This document shows, one piece after another, positions 48,794-56,943 of a stretch of 64,000 nt of DNA. Under the pieces are notes generated by a model. It ran no database searches, was not told the DNA's origin, and worked only from the letters and a program-made list of their open reading frames with translations. Source of the DNA: an uncultured Gammaproteobacteria bacterium (GTDB lineage Bacteria; Patescibacteriota; Microgenomatia; JALYQM01); NCBI GenBank assembly GCA_964535655.1, contig CAZHTP010000001.1:98573-162572 (forward strand), written 5' to 3'. How positions within the stretch are numbered: position 1 is the first letter of the stretch; the number at the start of each line of letters is the position of its first letter. The position numbers and the translations under genes were made by a program.

Positions 48794-48844
48794 ATTTCCC
48801 TATATTTTGATATAATGGCTTGATTAGTATATTTTCTACTGATT

Positions 48845-49921
48845 ATGGCAAAAATACTTAAACAAGATAAAACAGCCCACGAGGAAGTTATTTTTGAGGC
48901 TGTTAGGGTATTGAAAAACGGCGGTATTATTATTTATCCTACTGAGACACTGTACGGTATAGGTGTTGATGCGACCAACCAAGCGGCTGTAGATAAATTA
49001 CTTCAATATAAAACTCGACGAGAAGGGAAGCCTTTGTCGATTGCCGTATCTGACACTGAGATGGCAGAAAAGTATGTTGAGGTTAATGATATTGCTCGAA
49101 ATCTATACCGCAATTTTCTTCCTGGGCCTGTTACTGTTGTTTCAAAGAGTAAAGGTGCTGTTGCCAAAGGTGTCGAAGCAGAAATTGGGACATTGGGAAT
49201 TCGTATTCCTGATTATACTTTGATAAGAGAAATAGTTGCTGCATTTGGTAAGCCTATCACGGCCTCATCGGCAAATGCTTCAAATCAAAAAAGACCATAT
49301 GCAGTTTCTGATGTTCTTGAAAATATTTCGGAAAAACAAGAAAGTCTCATTGATTTAATTATTGATGCGGGTACTTTACCTAAGCGAGAGCCATCGACTG
49401 TTGTAGATACTACACTTAATCAAGAGGTGGTCTTGCGACAGGGAAGCATAAAGCTTAGTACTGTACTGGAGCAAAAAACGCAGTCTGCAAAAGAGACACA
49501 AGAAGTAGGTTTTAAGTTAATGAAAAAGTATTTACATCATCTTGGATATAAGTCGGTAATCTTTGCTTTACACGGAGAACTTGGTGCAGGCAAAACACAA
49601 TTGTCTAAGGGTATTGCACGAGCACTTGGAATTACTGAGGTGGTAACGTCGCCGACTTTTATCATTGAACGTGATTACACATTGCCTGCTGGTCATTTAT
49701 TTCATATCGACACCTGGCGACTGTTTGATAAACAAGAATTATTGGATTTAGGTTTTATGAAAAAAATAGAAGAAGGTAATGTCTTTGCTATTGAGTGGGC
49801 TGATCGGTTTAGTGAGCTTATTGATCAGGTGGCAAATGATGCGATGATAATTTGGGTTGGACTGCAATATGGTTCAAGTGAGACTGAACGTATTATTAAA
49901 GTGAGTGATTATACAGTATGA
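48845..49921 (+). CDS. TsaC (YrdC/Sua5)-TsaE fusion, t6A biosynthesis
   Basis: N-half YPTETLYG, K.R..GKPLS, PGP.T, GIRIP, PITASSAN, STVVD. C-half LHGELGAGKT, V.SPTF, H.D.WRL, IEWA. Confidence 0.92.
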   Translation: MAKILKQDKTAHEEVIFEAVRVLKNGGIIIYPTETLYGIGVDATNQAAVDKLLQYKTRREGKPLSIAVSDTEMAEKYVEVNDIARNLYRNFLPGPVTVVSKSKGAVAKGVEAEIGTLGIRIPDYTLIREIVAAFGKPITASSANASNQKRPYAVSDVLENISEKQESLIDLIIDAGTLPKREPSTVVDTTLNQEVVLRQGSIKLSTVLEQKTQSAKETQEVGFKLMKKYLHHLGYKSVIFALHGELGAGKTQLSKGIARALGITEVVTSPTFIIERDYTLPAGHLFHIDTWRLFDKQELLDLGFMKKIEEGNVFAIEWADRFSELIDQVANDAMIIWVGLQYGSSETERIIKVSDYTV

Positions 49922-50973
49922 AAATCTTAGCAATAGATACATCATGTGACGAAACATCGGTTGCTATAACCGAAAATGATTGGATTCTGGCGAATAAAAT
50001 CTCTTCGCAAATTGAGTTACATAAAAAATGGGGTGGAGTAGTTCCGGGGATTGCCCGTAGAATGCATGAAGAAAATATTGATTTGGTTTTAAAGGATGCA
50101 CTGAAACAAACTAAATTGCACCTTAAGGACATTGATGTATTTGCTGTTACTCATGGCCCAGGGCTTGCTATCGCGCTTGGTGTCGGTATTGAGAAGGCTA
50201 AAAGCTTAGCCGTGGAATATGATAAACCCTTGGTCGGTGTTAATCATATGGAGGGGCATATTTATTCCGCTTTGGCACATAATTCTAACGGTAATCCAGA
50301 AATAGAGTATTCGTTTCCCTTACTTGCGTTGCTTATCTCTGGAGGTCATACCGAACTTGTGTTAATGCGTGATCACGGGAAATATGAAATTATTGGAAAG
50401 ACTCTTGATGATGCTGTTGGTGAGGCTTTTGATAAAGTTGCTCGTATGCTTGAAATTGGGTATCCTGGTGGGCCAATTTTGGAAGAGTTAGCCAAAGAAG
50501 GTAATCCTAATCGCTTTACTTTCCCAATCCCTATGAGCAAAACTGCTAGCGCGGATTTTAGTTATTCTGGCTTAAAAACTTCAGCGCTCTATTTAACAAA
50601 TCGTGAGCTTAAGGAAAAACGGGATTTGGTGTCTGTGTCTGAATATAAACAAATGATTTGTGATGTAGCATGTTCGTTTCAAGTTGCTGCCGTAGAGTCT
50701 TTGTTGCAGAAAACTTCCTTTGCATTAAGGTCACTTTCATTGGAAAATACTATTCAGGACTTAATTGTTGCCGGTGGTGTTTCGGCAAATATGTATGTTC
50801 GCAGTAAATTTCGCTTTAAATTTGGTAAGAATATGCGAATACATTTTCCAACAGATAAAAAATTATATGGCGATAACGCAGGAATGATTGGAATCGCTGC
50901 GTATTATAATGCAAAGCGTGATAACTTTGCTGATCCTCACACTTTGGATCGTATTCCTAATCTAAGTTTATAA
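49918..50973 (+). CDS. tsaD: tRNA N6-adenosine threonylcarbamoyltransferase TsaD
   Basis: ILAIDTSCDET, GGVVP, HMEGH, SGGHT, DDAVGEAFDK, FSYSGLKT, GGVSAN, DNAGMIG. Confidence 0.97.
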   Translation: MKILAIDTSCDETSVAITENDWILANKISSQIELHKKWGGVVPGIARRMHEENIDLVLKDALKQTKLHLKDIDVFAVTHGPGLAIALGVGIEKAKSLAVEYDKPLVGVNHMEGHIYSALAHNSNGNPEIEYSFPLLALLISGGHTELVLMRDHGKYEIIGKTLDDAVGEAFDKVARMLEIGYPGGPILEELAKEGNPNRFTFPIPMSKTASADFSYSGLKTSALYLTNRELKEKRDLVSVSEYKQMICDVACSFQVAAVESLLQKTSFALRSLSLENTIQDLIVAGGVSANMYVRSKFRFKFGKNMRIHFPTDKKLYGDNAGMIGIAAYYNAKRDNFADPHTLDRIPNLSL

Positions 50974-51024
50974 TCATATATTTCATTGTTGACAGGGTTA
51001 TTATATTTCCTCTACGCTATTTTC

Positions 51025-51348
51025 ATGAACAGTTTCGATTGGTTCTTATATATATTTCAGTGGCTGAATATTTTATCGATTCTCGTTTGTTTGATTTTTC
51101 TCCTTTTTACTACTCGCAAATATACTGGTGTTATCGGCACGGCATTAACCTATTTAGCCGTAGGAATTATTTTAAATGCTTTTATACAAGTAGTGGATTT
51201 ACTTAGTCGAACAATTGATTTTATTAGTTTTCAACGCATTGGTGGATTCACCTATCAGGATGCAGTGAGAAGCGGCTTCGCTACTTTTGGCTTTATTATG
51301 CTTGCAGTTGGGTTTTATAAACTTTCCAAAATTTACAAGAGATTTTAA
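51025..51348 (+). CDS. Small 3-TM membrane protein
   Basis: Three hydrophobic segments. ATG at 51025. Confidence 0.65.
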   Translation: MNSFDWFLYIFQWLNILSILVCLIFLLFTTRKYTGVIGTALTYLAVGIILNAFIQVVDLLSRTIDFISFQRIGGFTYQDAVRSGFATFGFIMLAVGFYKLSKIYKRF

Positions 51349-51435
51349 CTGCTTTTAATTCTTCCTTACTAATCGGATTATTCTCCTGCGTCTTTAAATA
51401 ATATTTTCTCTACGCCATATACATCGTATTGACTG

Positions 51436-51482
51436 CCACTACCAGTTGATTCTATATTGATAAGGCATTCGATATATTGTGT
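51436..51482 (+). promoter_or_regulatory. Candidate tandem NrdR boxes
   Basis: attcgatatattgtgt (51467-51482) matches acaCwAtATaTwGtgt. A weaker copy ccactaccagttgatt starts 31 bp upstream, inside TTGACT...TATATT. Confidence 0.55.
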
Positions 51483-51523
51483 TTTTAAATAAATTCCAAA
51501 GTTAATACGAAAAAGAAATTGCT

Positions 51524-51991
51524 ATGAGATGTCCGTATTGTAATCACGATGAAACAAGAGTTTTAGATAAGCGTGACGATGACAATCTAGGTATAACACG
51601 AAGGCGTCGAGAATGCGAGAAGTGCTTAAAACGATTTACTAGTTTTGAACGTCCTGAGTTGCTGGACTTAGTTGTATTAAAAAAGGCTGGGCAAAAAGAA
51701 CCCTTTGATAGGCGAAAGATTATTTATGGTCTTAAGCAAGCTACCTGGAAGCGAGGCGTTTCTGACCAAATGATTGATCGAATTGTCAATGAAATAGAAG
51801 GTACGTTGCGTCAGAAAGATACCGTAGAGATTGCGAGTATTGAGATTGGAAATTTAGTAATGGATAAACTTAAATTAATTGATAACGTAGCATATATTCG
51901 TTTTGCTTCTATTTATCGAGCATTTGCTGATGTTGAAGATTTTCAAAAGGAGGTTCGAAAGCTTGTTACCGCAAAGACTACAGATAAATGA
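51524..51991 (+). CDS. nrdR: Transcriptional repressor NrdR
   Basis: MRCPYC...V.D.R...RRRREC..C..RFT.FE, ATP-cone, VAYIRFASIYR.F.D. Confidence 0.97.
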   Translation: MRCPYCNHDETRVLDKRDDDNLGITRRRRECEKCLKRFTSFERPELLDLVVLKKAGQKEPFDRRKIIYGLKQATWKRGVSDQMIDRIVNEIEGTLRQKDTVEIASIEIGNLVMDKLKLIDNVAYIRFASIYRAFADVEDFQKEVRKLVTAKTTDK

Positions 51992-52038
51992 TTTTTAGAT
52001 AAAATTACTATTATTAACGAAAAATTAGGAGATAGTTT

Positions 52039-54627
52039 ATGGTTTCAGATAATTCAATTATTTCTGAATCGTCAGAATCAAAAAAGAAACACCCTCTTAC
52101 CAAAGTCATTGGAGGTAATCAAAGTGAAGTGAAAAAAACGGTAAGCAAGTATGGTAAGTCGGGATCAGCTGAGCGAAGCGTTTTTGACGGGATGTTTAAA
52201 GAAGGCTTTACTCCCAGCCATGAAATGTTAAAGAGAATTTACGAAAGTATTGCAGATAATGAAGCATTTTTGGAGAGCCTTAATGTTGAAGGCCGTACAA
52301 AATATACGGGTACTAAATATACCGAGTTGGAAGGTGTTCGTAAGAAAGTATTACTTGACCGTTATTCCCTTAAAGACGAAAAAGGCGAGGCGGTAGAACA
52401 TTCTCCTGAAGAGATTTGGGCTCGTGTTGCCTGGGGGCTTGCTCAAATTGAAAAAACACCTGAACAACGAAAAATATGGGAAAAGAAATTTTATGAAATA
52501 ATGGAAGATTTTCATTTTGTTCCGGCCGGGCGTATTTTGTCTGGTGCTGGTACGGGGTATGCGGTTACGTATTATAACTGCTATGTTATTCCGTCTCCTG
52601 ATGATTCTCGCGGTGGAATTATTGATAGTCTTAAAGATATGGTAGAAATTATGGCTCGTGCCGGTGGAGTAGGGATGAACCTTTCTTCGCTTCGACCAAA
52701 GGGTTCGTATATTAAGACAGTTAACGGTCACTCCTCCGGACCGATGGCTTGGGCACAGTTGTATTCCGTTGCAACTGGTGATGTTATTAGCCAAGGTGGA
52801 TCGCGACGCGGTGCGTTAATGTTGATGATGGATGACGATCACCCTGATATTGAAGAATTTATAACTTGCAAGCAGACACCACACTGGATTGAGCATGCTA
52901 ATTTGTCTATTGCTGCTTCGGACGGGTTTATGCAAGCAATCAAAAATGACACTGATTGGGATTTGAAGTGGAAAGGTGAAGTGATGAAAACGGTGAAAGC
53001 TCGCCATTTGTGGGATCTTATTACTACTGCTGCATGGAAAAGTGCCGAACCAGGGTTTGTGTTTATGGAACGCTATAATAAATGGTCAAATACCTGGTAT
53101 TACGAAGATATTCGTTGTACCAACCCCTGTGGAGAACAAGGTTTAGGTCCATGGAGTGTTTGTAATTTAGGTTCTCTTAATTTAGCAAATTATGTTGTTG
53201 ATGGAGAAATGGATTGGAAAAAACTGGCAGAGCATGCTCGTGTTGGTATTCGCATGCTTGATAATGTAATTGACTCTAACTTATACTTTTTTGAAGAAAA
53301 TAAAATTGCGCAACTTGGCACGCGTCGTGTTGGGCTTGGAACAATGGGACTTGCCGATGCATTAATTAAAATGAAAATTCGTTACGGCTCTGATGAATCA
53401 ATGCCGATTATTGAGAAGATCTTTCAGACTGTTCGCGATAATGCATATGACGAATCGGCAAACATTGCGGCAGAAAAGGGAGCTTTTCCATTCTTTGACC
53501 GCGAAAAGTATCTGCAGGGGCATTTTATTCAGCAGCTTCCTCAAGAAATTCAGGATAAGATTGCTGAAAATGGCATTCGCAATGCAGTGTTGCTTTCTCA
53601 ACAGCCAACAGGAACAACATCATTATTTGCTGGTGCATCCTCGGGCATAGAGCCTGTTTATGATTTTGCTACCGTACGCCGTGATCGTACTGGAGAACAT
53701 GTTATTTATCATCCGTTATACCAGGAGTGGAAGGACGCAAATCCAAATGAAGAAGCAGTGCCAGATTACTTTGTCTCTACAGTAGATTTGTTACCAGAAG
53801 ATCATGTTAGAGTTCAGGCTATGGCTCAGAAATATACTGATGCGTCGATCTCTAAAACAGTTAATGCTCCGGCTGACTATACGGTTGAACAGGTTAAAGA
53901 GCTCTATATGAAAGCGTACGATCTAGGTTGTAAAGGTATAACCTTCTACCGCGATGGATCACGTGATGCGGTGTTGACTCGTGAATCTGATGAAAAGAAA
54001 ACTCCCGATCAGGCCGCACAAGTTGCAGCAGCGGTAAGTACACCAGCATCTCCAACATTAATTCAACCACTGTACCATACACTTCGTGAACGTCCGGAGC
54101 GGTTAACCGGTAGTACTTATAAGGTAAAAACCCCATTTGGTGCTGGGTATGTAACTATTAACGAAGACGAAATGGGTGAAATGTTTGAGGTATTTGTATC
54201 CCTTGGAAAAGGTGGTACTGATATTTTGGCTGATGCTGAAGCAATTGGTCGGTTAATTTCCTTAGCACTGCGTATACCAACTACGGTGTCTAAAGCCGCT
54301 GTTGTTGAATCTATCGTTGACCAGTTGTCTGGTATTGGTGGTGCTTCAACTGCCGGATTTGGTAGCAATAGGGTACGTTCTCTTGCTGATGCTGTGGCAA
54401 AAGCAATTAATGAACACGTTGCGTTGCGGGGTACACAAGTTATGGCTAACCCTGTAGCTCAAGCTCAGTTACCACTTGGCACTGCTCTAGATTCGTCTGC
54501 TTCGAATCAAGTGCGCAATGCAAAATTATCCGCACGACGCGATATGTGTCCTTCGTGTGGCCAGGCATCGCTAATGCTCGTTGAAGGTTGTGCTAAGTGC
54601 GATAATTGTGGGTATAGTAAGTGTTAA
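52039..54627 (+). CDS. nrdJ: Adenosylcobalamin-dependent (class II) ribonucleotide reductase
   Basis: NCYV, GGVG.NLS.LRP, QGGSRRGALM, HPDIEEFI, TNPCGEQ, CNLGSLNL, PTGTTS, ISKTVN, KGITFYRDGSR. C-terminal TSCPD-like domain and Cys4 tail. No beta subunit nearby. Confidence 0.93.
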   Translation: MVSDNSIISESSESKKKHPLTKVIGGNQSEVKKTVSKYGKSGSAERSVFDGMFKEGFTPSHEMLKRIYESIADNEAFLESLNVEGRTKYTGTKYTELEGVRKKVLLDRYSLKDEKGEAVEHSPEEIWARVAWGLAQIEKTPEQRKIWEKKFYEIMEDFHFVPAGRILSGAGTGYAVTYYNCYVIPSPDDSRGGIIDSLKDMVEIMARAGGVGMNLSSLRPKGSYIKTVNGHSSGPMAWAQLYSVATGDVISQGGSRRGALMLMMDDDHPDIEEFITCKQTPHWIEHANLSIAASDGFMQAIKNDTDWDLKWKGEVMKTVKARHLWDLITTAAWKSAEPGFVFMERYNKWSNTWYYEDIRCTNPCGEQGLGPWSVCNLGSLNLANYVVDGEMDWKKLAEHARVGIRMLDNVIDSNLYFFEENKIAQLGTRRVGLGTMGLADALIKMKIRYGSDESMPIIEKIFQTVRDNAYDESANIAAEKGAFPFFDREKYLQGHFIQQLPQEIQDKIAENGIRNAVLLSQQPTGTTSLFAGASSGIEPVYDFATVRRDRTGEHVIYHPLYQEWKDANPNEEAVPDYFVSTVDLLPEDHVRVQAMAQKYTDASISKTVNAPADYTVEQVKELYMKAYDLGCKGITFYRDGSRDAVLTRESDEKKTPDQAAQVAAAVSTPASPTLIQPLYHTLRERPERLTGSTYKVKTPFGAGYVTINEDEMGEMFEVFVSLGKGGTDILADAEAIGRLISLALRIPTTVSKAAVVESIVDQLSGIGGASTAGFGSNRVRSLADAVAKAINEHVALRGTQVMANPVAQAQLPLGTALDSSASNQVRNAKLSARRDMCPSCGQASLMLVEGCAKCDNCGYSKC

Positions 54628-54646
54628 TAGCTGTTACTGTATAGTG

Positions 54647-54684
54647 GAGCCCCGGGGGGGTTAGCTATCTCCGGGGTTTATTTT
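54647..54684 (+). terminator. Hairpin/terminator after nrdJ
   Basis: gagccccgg...ccggggttt followed by a T-rich tract. Confidence 0.6.
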
Positions 54685-54688
54685 CTTT

Positions 54689-55228
54689 ATGACAAGTGTT
54701 CATAAAACAGGTTTAGTTATTGTTTATACAGGCAACGGTAAAGGAAAAACAACTGCTTCGGTAGGCCTTGCGGTACGTGCTGCTGGATATAAACGAAAGG
54801 TTCTTTTCCTCCAGTTTATTAAGGAATGGTTTACTGGCGAGAAGGAAACGTTTAAATTGCTTGAGCCCTATATTACATTTGTGCAAATGGGACAGGGATT
54901 TGTGGGAATTTGGGGGGACCGGAAAGATCGCGCAGTGCACGATACAGCTGCCGCTGAAGCATTTGGTTTTGCAAAAGAAAAAGTTAACTCTAAAGAATAT
55001 GATGTAATTATCTTGGATGAAATTAACGTTGCGATAAAAGAAGGGTTAATTAAAATTGAAGATGTATTGGAGATGGTTAAAGGACGGCCAGAAGAGTTGG
55101 ATATTGTTTTAACTGGGCGTGGTGCTGATGAAAAATTAATTGGAATCGCAGATCTAGTAACAGAGATGAAAGAGATAAAGCATCCGTTTCAAAAGGGCAT
55201 ACTGGCAAAACGAAGCATTGATTTTTAA
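54689..55228 (+). CDS. cobO: Cob(I)alamin adenosyltransferase (CobO/BtuR)
   Basis: GLVIVYTGNGKGKTTA.VG.A.RA.G, QFIK, YDVIILDEIN, VLTGR, ADLVTEM.EIKHPF..GI.A...IDF. Confidence 0.95.
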   Translation: MTSVHKTGLVIVYTGNGKGKTTASVGLAVRAAGYKRKVLFLQFIKEWFTGEKETFKLLEPYITFVQMGQGFVGIWGDRKDRAVHDTAAAEAFGFAKEKVNSKEYDVIILDEINVAIKEGLIKIEDVLEMVKGRPEELDIVLTGRGADEKLIGIADLVTEMKEIKHPFQKGILAKRSIDF

Positions 55229-55271
55229 TTTTCTGGTTGAGTTATTTATCCAATTGTTTCATAATGCTTGT

Positions 55272-55742
55272 ATGATGGTTCTTCATAAAGCACACAAGGC
55301 TGGAGTAAGACATTGGCATGTATATATGTTTGGGATCTCACTTATTGTTATAGCGAGTGCTGCTGCCGTGCGTGATTTGCGGATTCGAGAAAAGTTAACG
55401 CTTGAGCATTTGCGGGAAGTGGAAGTGGCTTATTCCCAAATAGCTCCTTCGGCTTCACAGGTACTTGGTGCTCATTTGGATAATAATTCGTTAACTTCGA
55501 TTCGTCAGATTGGGCATAAAGGAGTATCTGTTTTGGCTCGATTACAAGAAAATCATGTTGTAATAGTAGAGTACACGGAAGATGGCACACTCGTGAAATC
55601 TATTGATGGAGCAGGAAATACTGAAGATGCGCGTCGAACTTTTGCGCATTGGAATTATTCAATAAATGGTAAAGAAGCGACCATATCGGCTGATCGTTTT
55701 GTGCCGAAAGATGGAGATGTTATACTCTGGGAGTATAAATAA
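55272..55742 (+). CDS. Membrane-anchored DUF4430 (transcobalamin C-terminal-like) domain protein
   Basis: N-terminal TM, then LVKSIDG...WNYSING.....SAD.F.PKDGDVI.WEY. Confidence 0.75.
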   Translation: MMVLHKAHKAGVRHWHVYMFGISLIVIASAAAVRDLRIREKLTLEHLREVEVAYSQIAPSASQVLGAHLDNNSLTSIRQIGHKGVSVLARLQENHVVIVEYTEDGTLVKSIDGAGNTEDARRTFAHWNYSINGKEATISADRFVPKDGDVILWEYK

Positions 55743-55754
55743 GTTGCATTAACG

Positions 55755-56735
55755 ATGAACTGGGTTGACCTGTGTATTTTTCTCATTCTCTTTTATTTTG
55801 CATATCGTGGTTTCGCGATAGGCTTTGTAGGTTCGCTGCTTAATTTAATTTCCTCGATACTCGCGGTTTTAACCGCTGTTCGTTTTTATCCCCAAGTTGG
55901 TGCCTTCTTTGTTGATTCACTTGGCGCCAATAAATTTGTTGGCCCGGTTCTTGGTTTTTTTGCCATCTTAATTGTGGCTGAATTCGCTATTTCGTTCGTC
56001 TTTTCGTACTTATATCGTTTTGTAATGAAGCTTTTCTTATGGTTAAAGCCACTGTATTGGGTGGATAAAATTGCAGGAATATTCCCGCAGCTTGCAATGG
56101 GAATTGTGTTGCTGACTACAGCGGTTATTGTGATGTTACGTCTCCCATTCAATACTGATCTAAAAAATGCGGTACTTGCTTCATATTGGGGAAAAAATGT
56201 AGTTCCGCAGGCTGCTATTCTTGAGCCGCAAATGAGACAACTACTTGGTGCTATTCCTCAAGAAACCTTACTTTATCTCATTCCAAAAACCCCCACATCT
56301 GAAGAATCGATAAAAATGAGTTTTCCGGATATTAATTCGATGGAGCTAAAAGAAGATCCTGATTCAGAACAGGAATTGTTTAAACTGGTAAATCAAGAGC
56401 GAATGGCCGTCGGACTTAAAGTATTAGTATGGGATCCAAACATAGTTCCTGTTGCTCATGCTCAAAGTATGGATATGTTTAAACGATCATATTTTTCGCA
56501 TATTAATCCCGACGGCAAATCGCCGTTTGACCGAATGACTGAAGGAGGAGTAAAGTATACGATCGCGGGCGAGAATTTGGCGTATGCACCTACGGTAGAA
56601 ATTGCTCACAAAGGATTGATGAATTCACCGGGACATCGGGCTAATATTTTGCGTCCAGAATTTGGCCGCATTGGAATTGGTGTGATTGATGGTGGAATTT
56701 ATGGGAAAATGTTTACGCAAAACTTTGCAGACTAG
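55755..56735 (+). CDS. CvpA (colicin V production) plus CAP/SCP domain fusion
   Basis: MNWVDL...AYRGF..GF, DK..G; C-half LVNQER...L, AQSMDM...YFSH, GENLA, LMNSPGHRANIL, FTQNF. Confidence 0.88.
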   Translation: MNWVDLCIFLILFYFAYRGFAIGFVGSLLNLISSILAVLTAVRFYPQVGAFFVDSLGANKFVGPVLGFFAILIVAEFAISFVFSYLYRFVMKLFLWLKPLYWVDKIAGIFPQLAMGIVLLTTAVIVMLRLPFNTDLKNAVLASYWGKNVVPQAAILEPQMRQLLGAIPQETLLYLIPKTPTSEESIKMSFPDINSMELKEDPDSEQELFKLVNQERMAVGLKVLVWDPNIVPVAHAQSMDMFKRSYFSHINPDGKSPFDRMTEGGVKYTIAGENLAYAPTVEIAHKGLMNSPGHRANILRPEFGRIGIGVIDGGIYGKMFTQNFAD

Positions 56736-56842
56736 CCTATAGTCTTTTAATTTTCAAATTATTGTGATATACTTACCGGATTGTAAAAGGTGACGCTTAC
56801 TTCTGAATTTTTCTCCCTTGATATTAGTAGCATCATCGTGTA

Positions 56843-56869
56843 TTATCACTATACCCCGTTGAGTGCTAA
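56843..56869 (+). promoter_or_regulatory. CIRCE operator upstream of lon
   Basis: TTATCACTA-N9-GAGTGCTAA; the right arm matches consensus perfectly. Confidence 0.75.
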
Positions 56870-56943
56870 CTGAGATATTACCCCTTGTGTTTATTTCGGT
56901 TACGTGGTTTGTTAGTTATAAGTTAGTAGAGAGGAGAGGAAGC

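Noticed and set aside
51349-52038. Cobalamin riboswitch upstream of nrdR/nrdJ
   Set aside because: The intergenic sequence is short and AT-rich, with no recognisable B12-box architecture.
52039-54627. Intein or intron in nrdJ
   Set aside because: Motifs around QGGSRRGA and TNPCGEQ are contiguous, and no splicing motifs are present.
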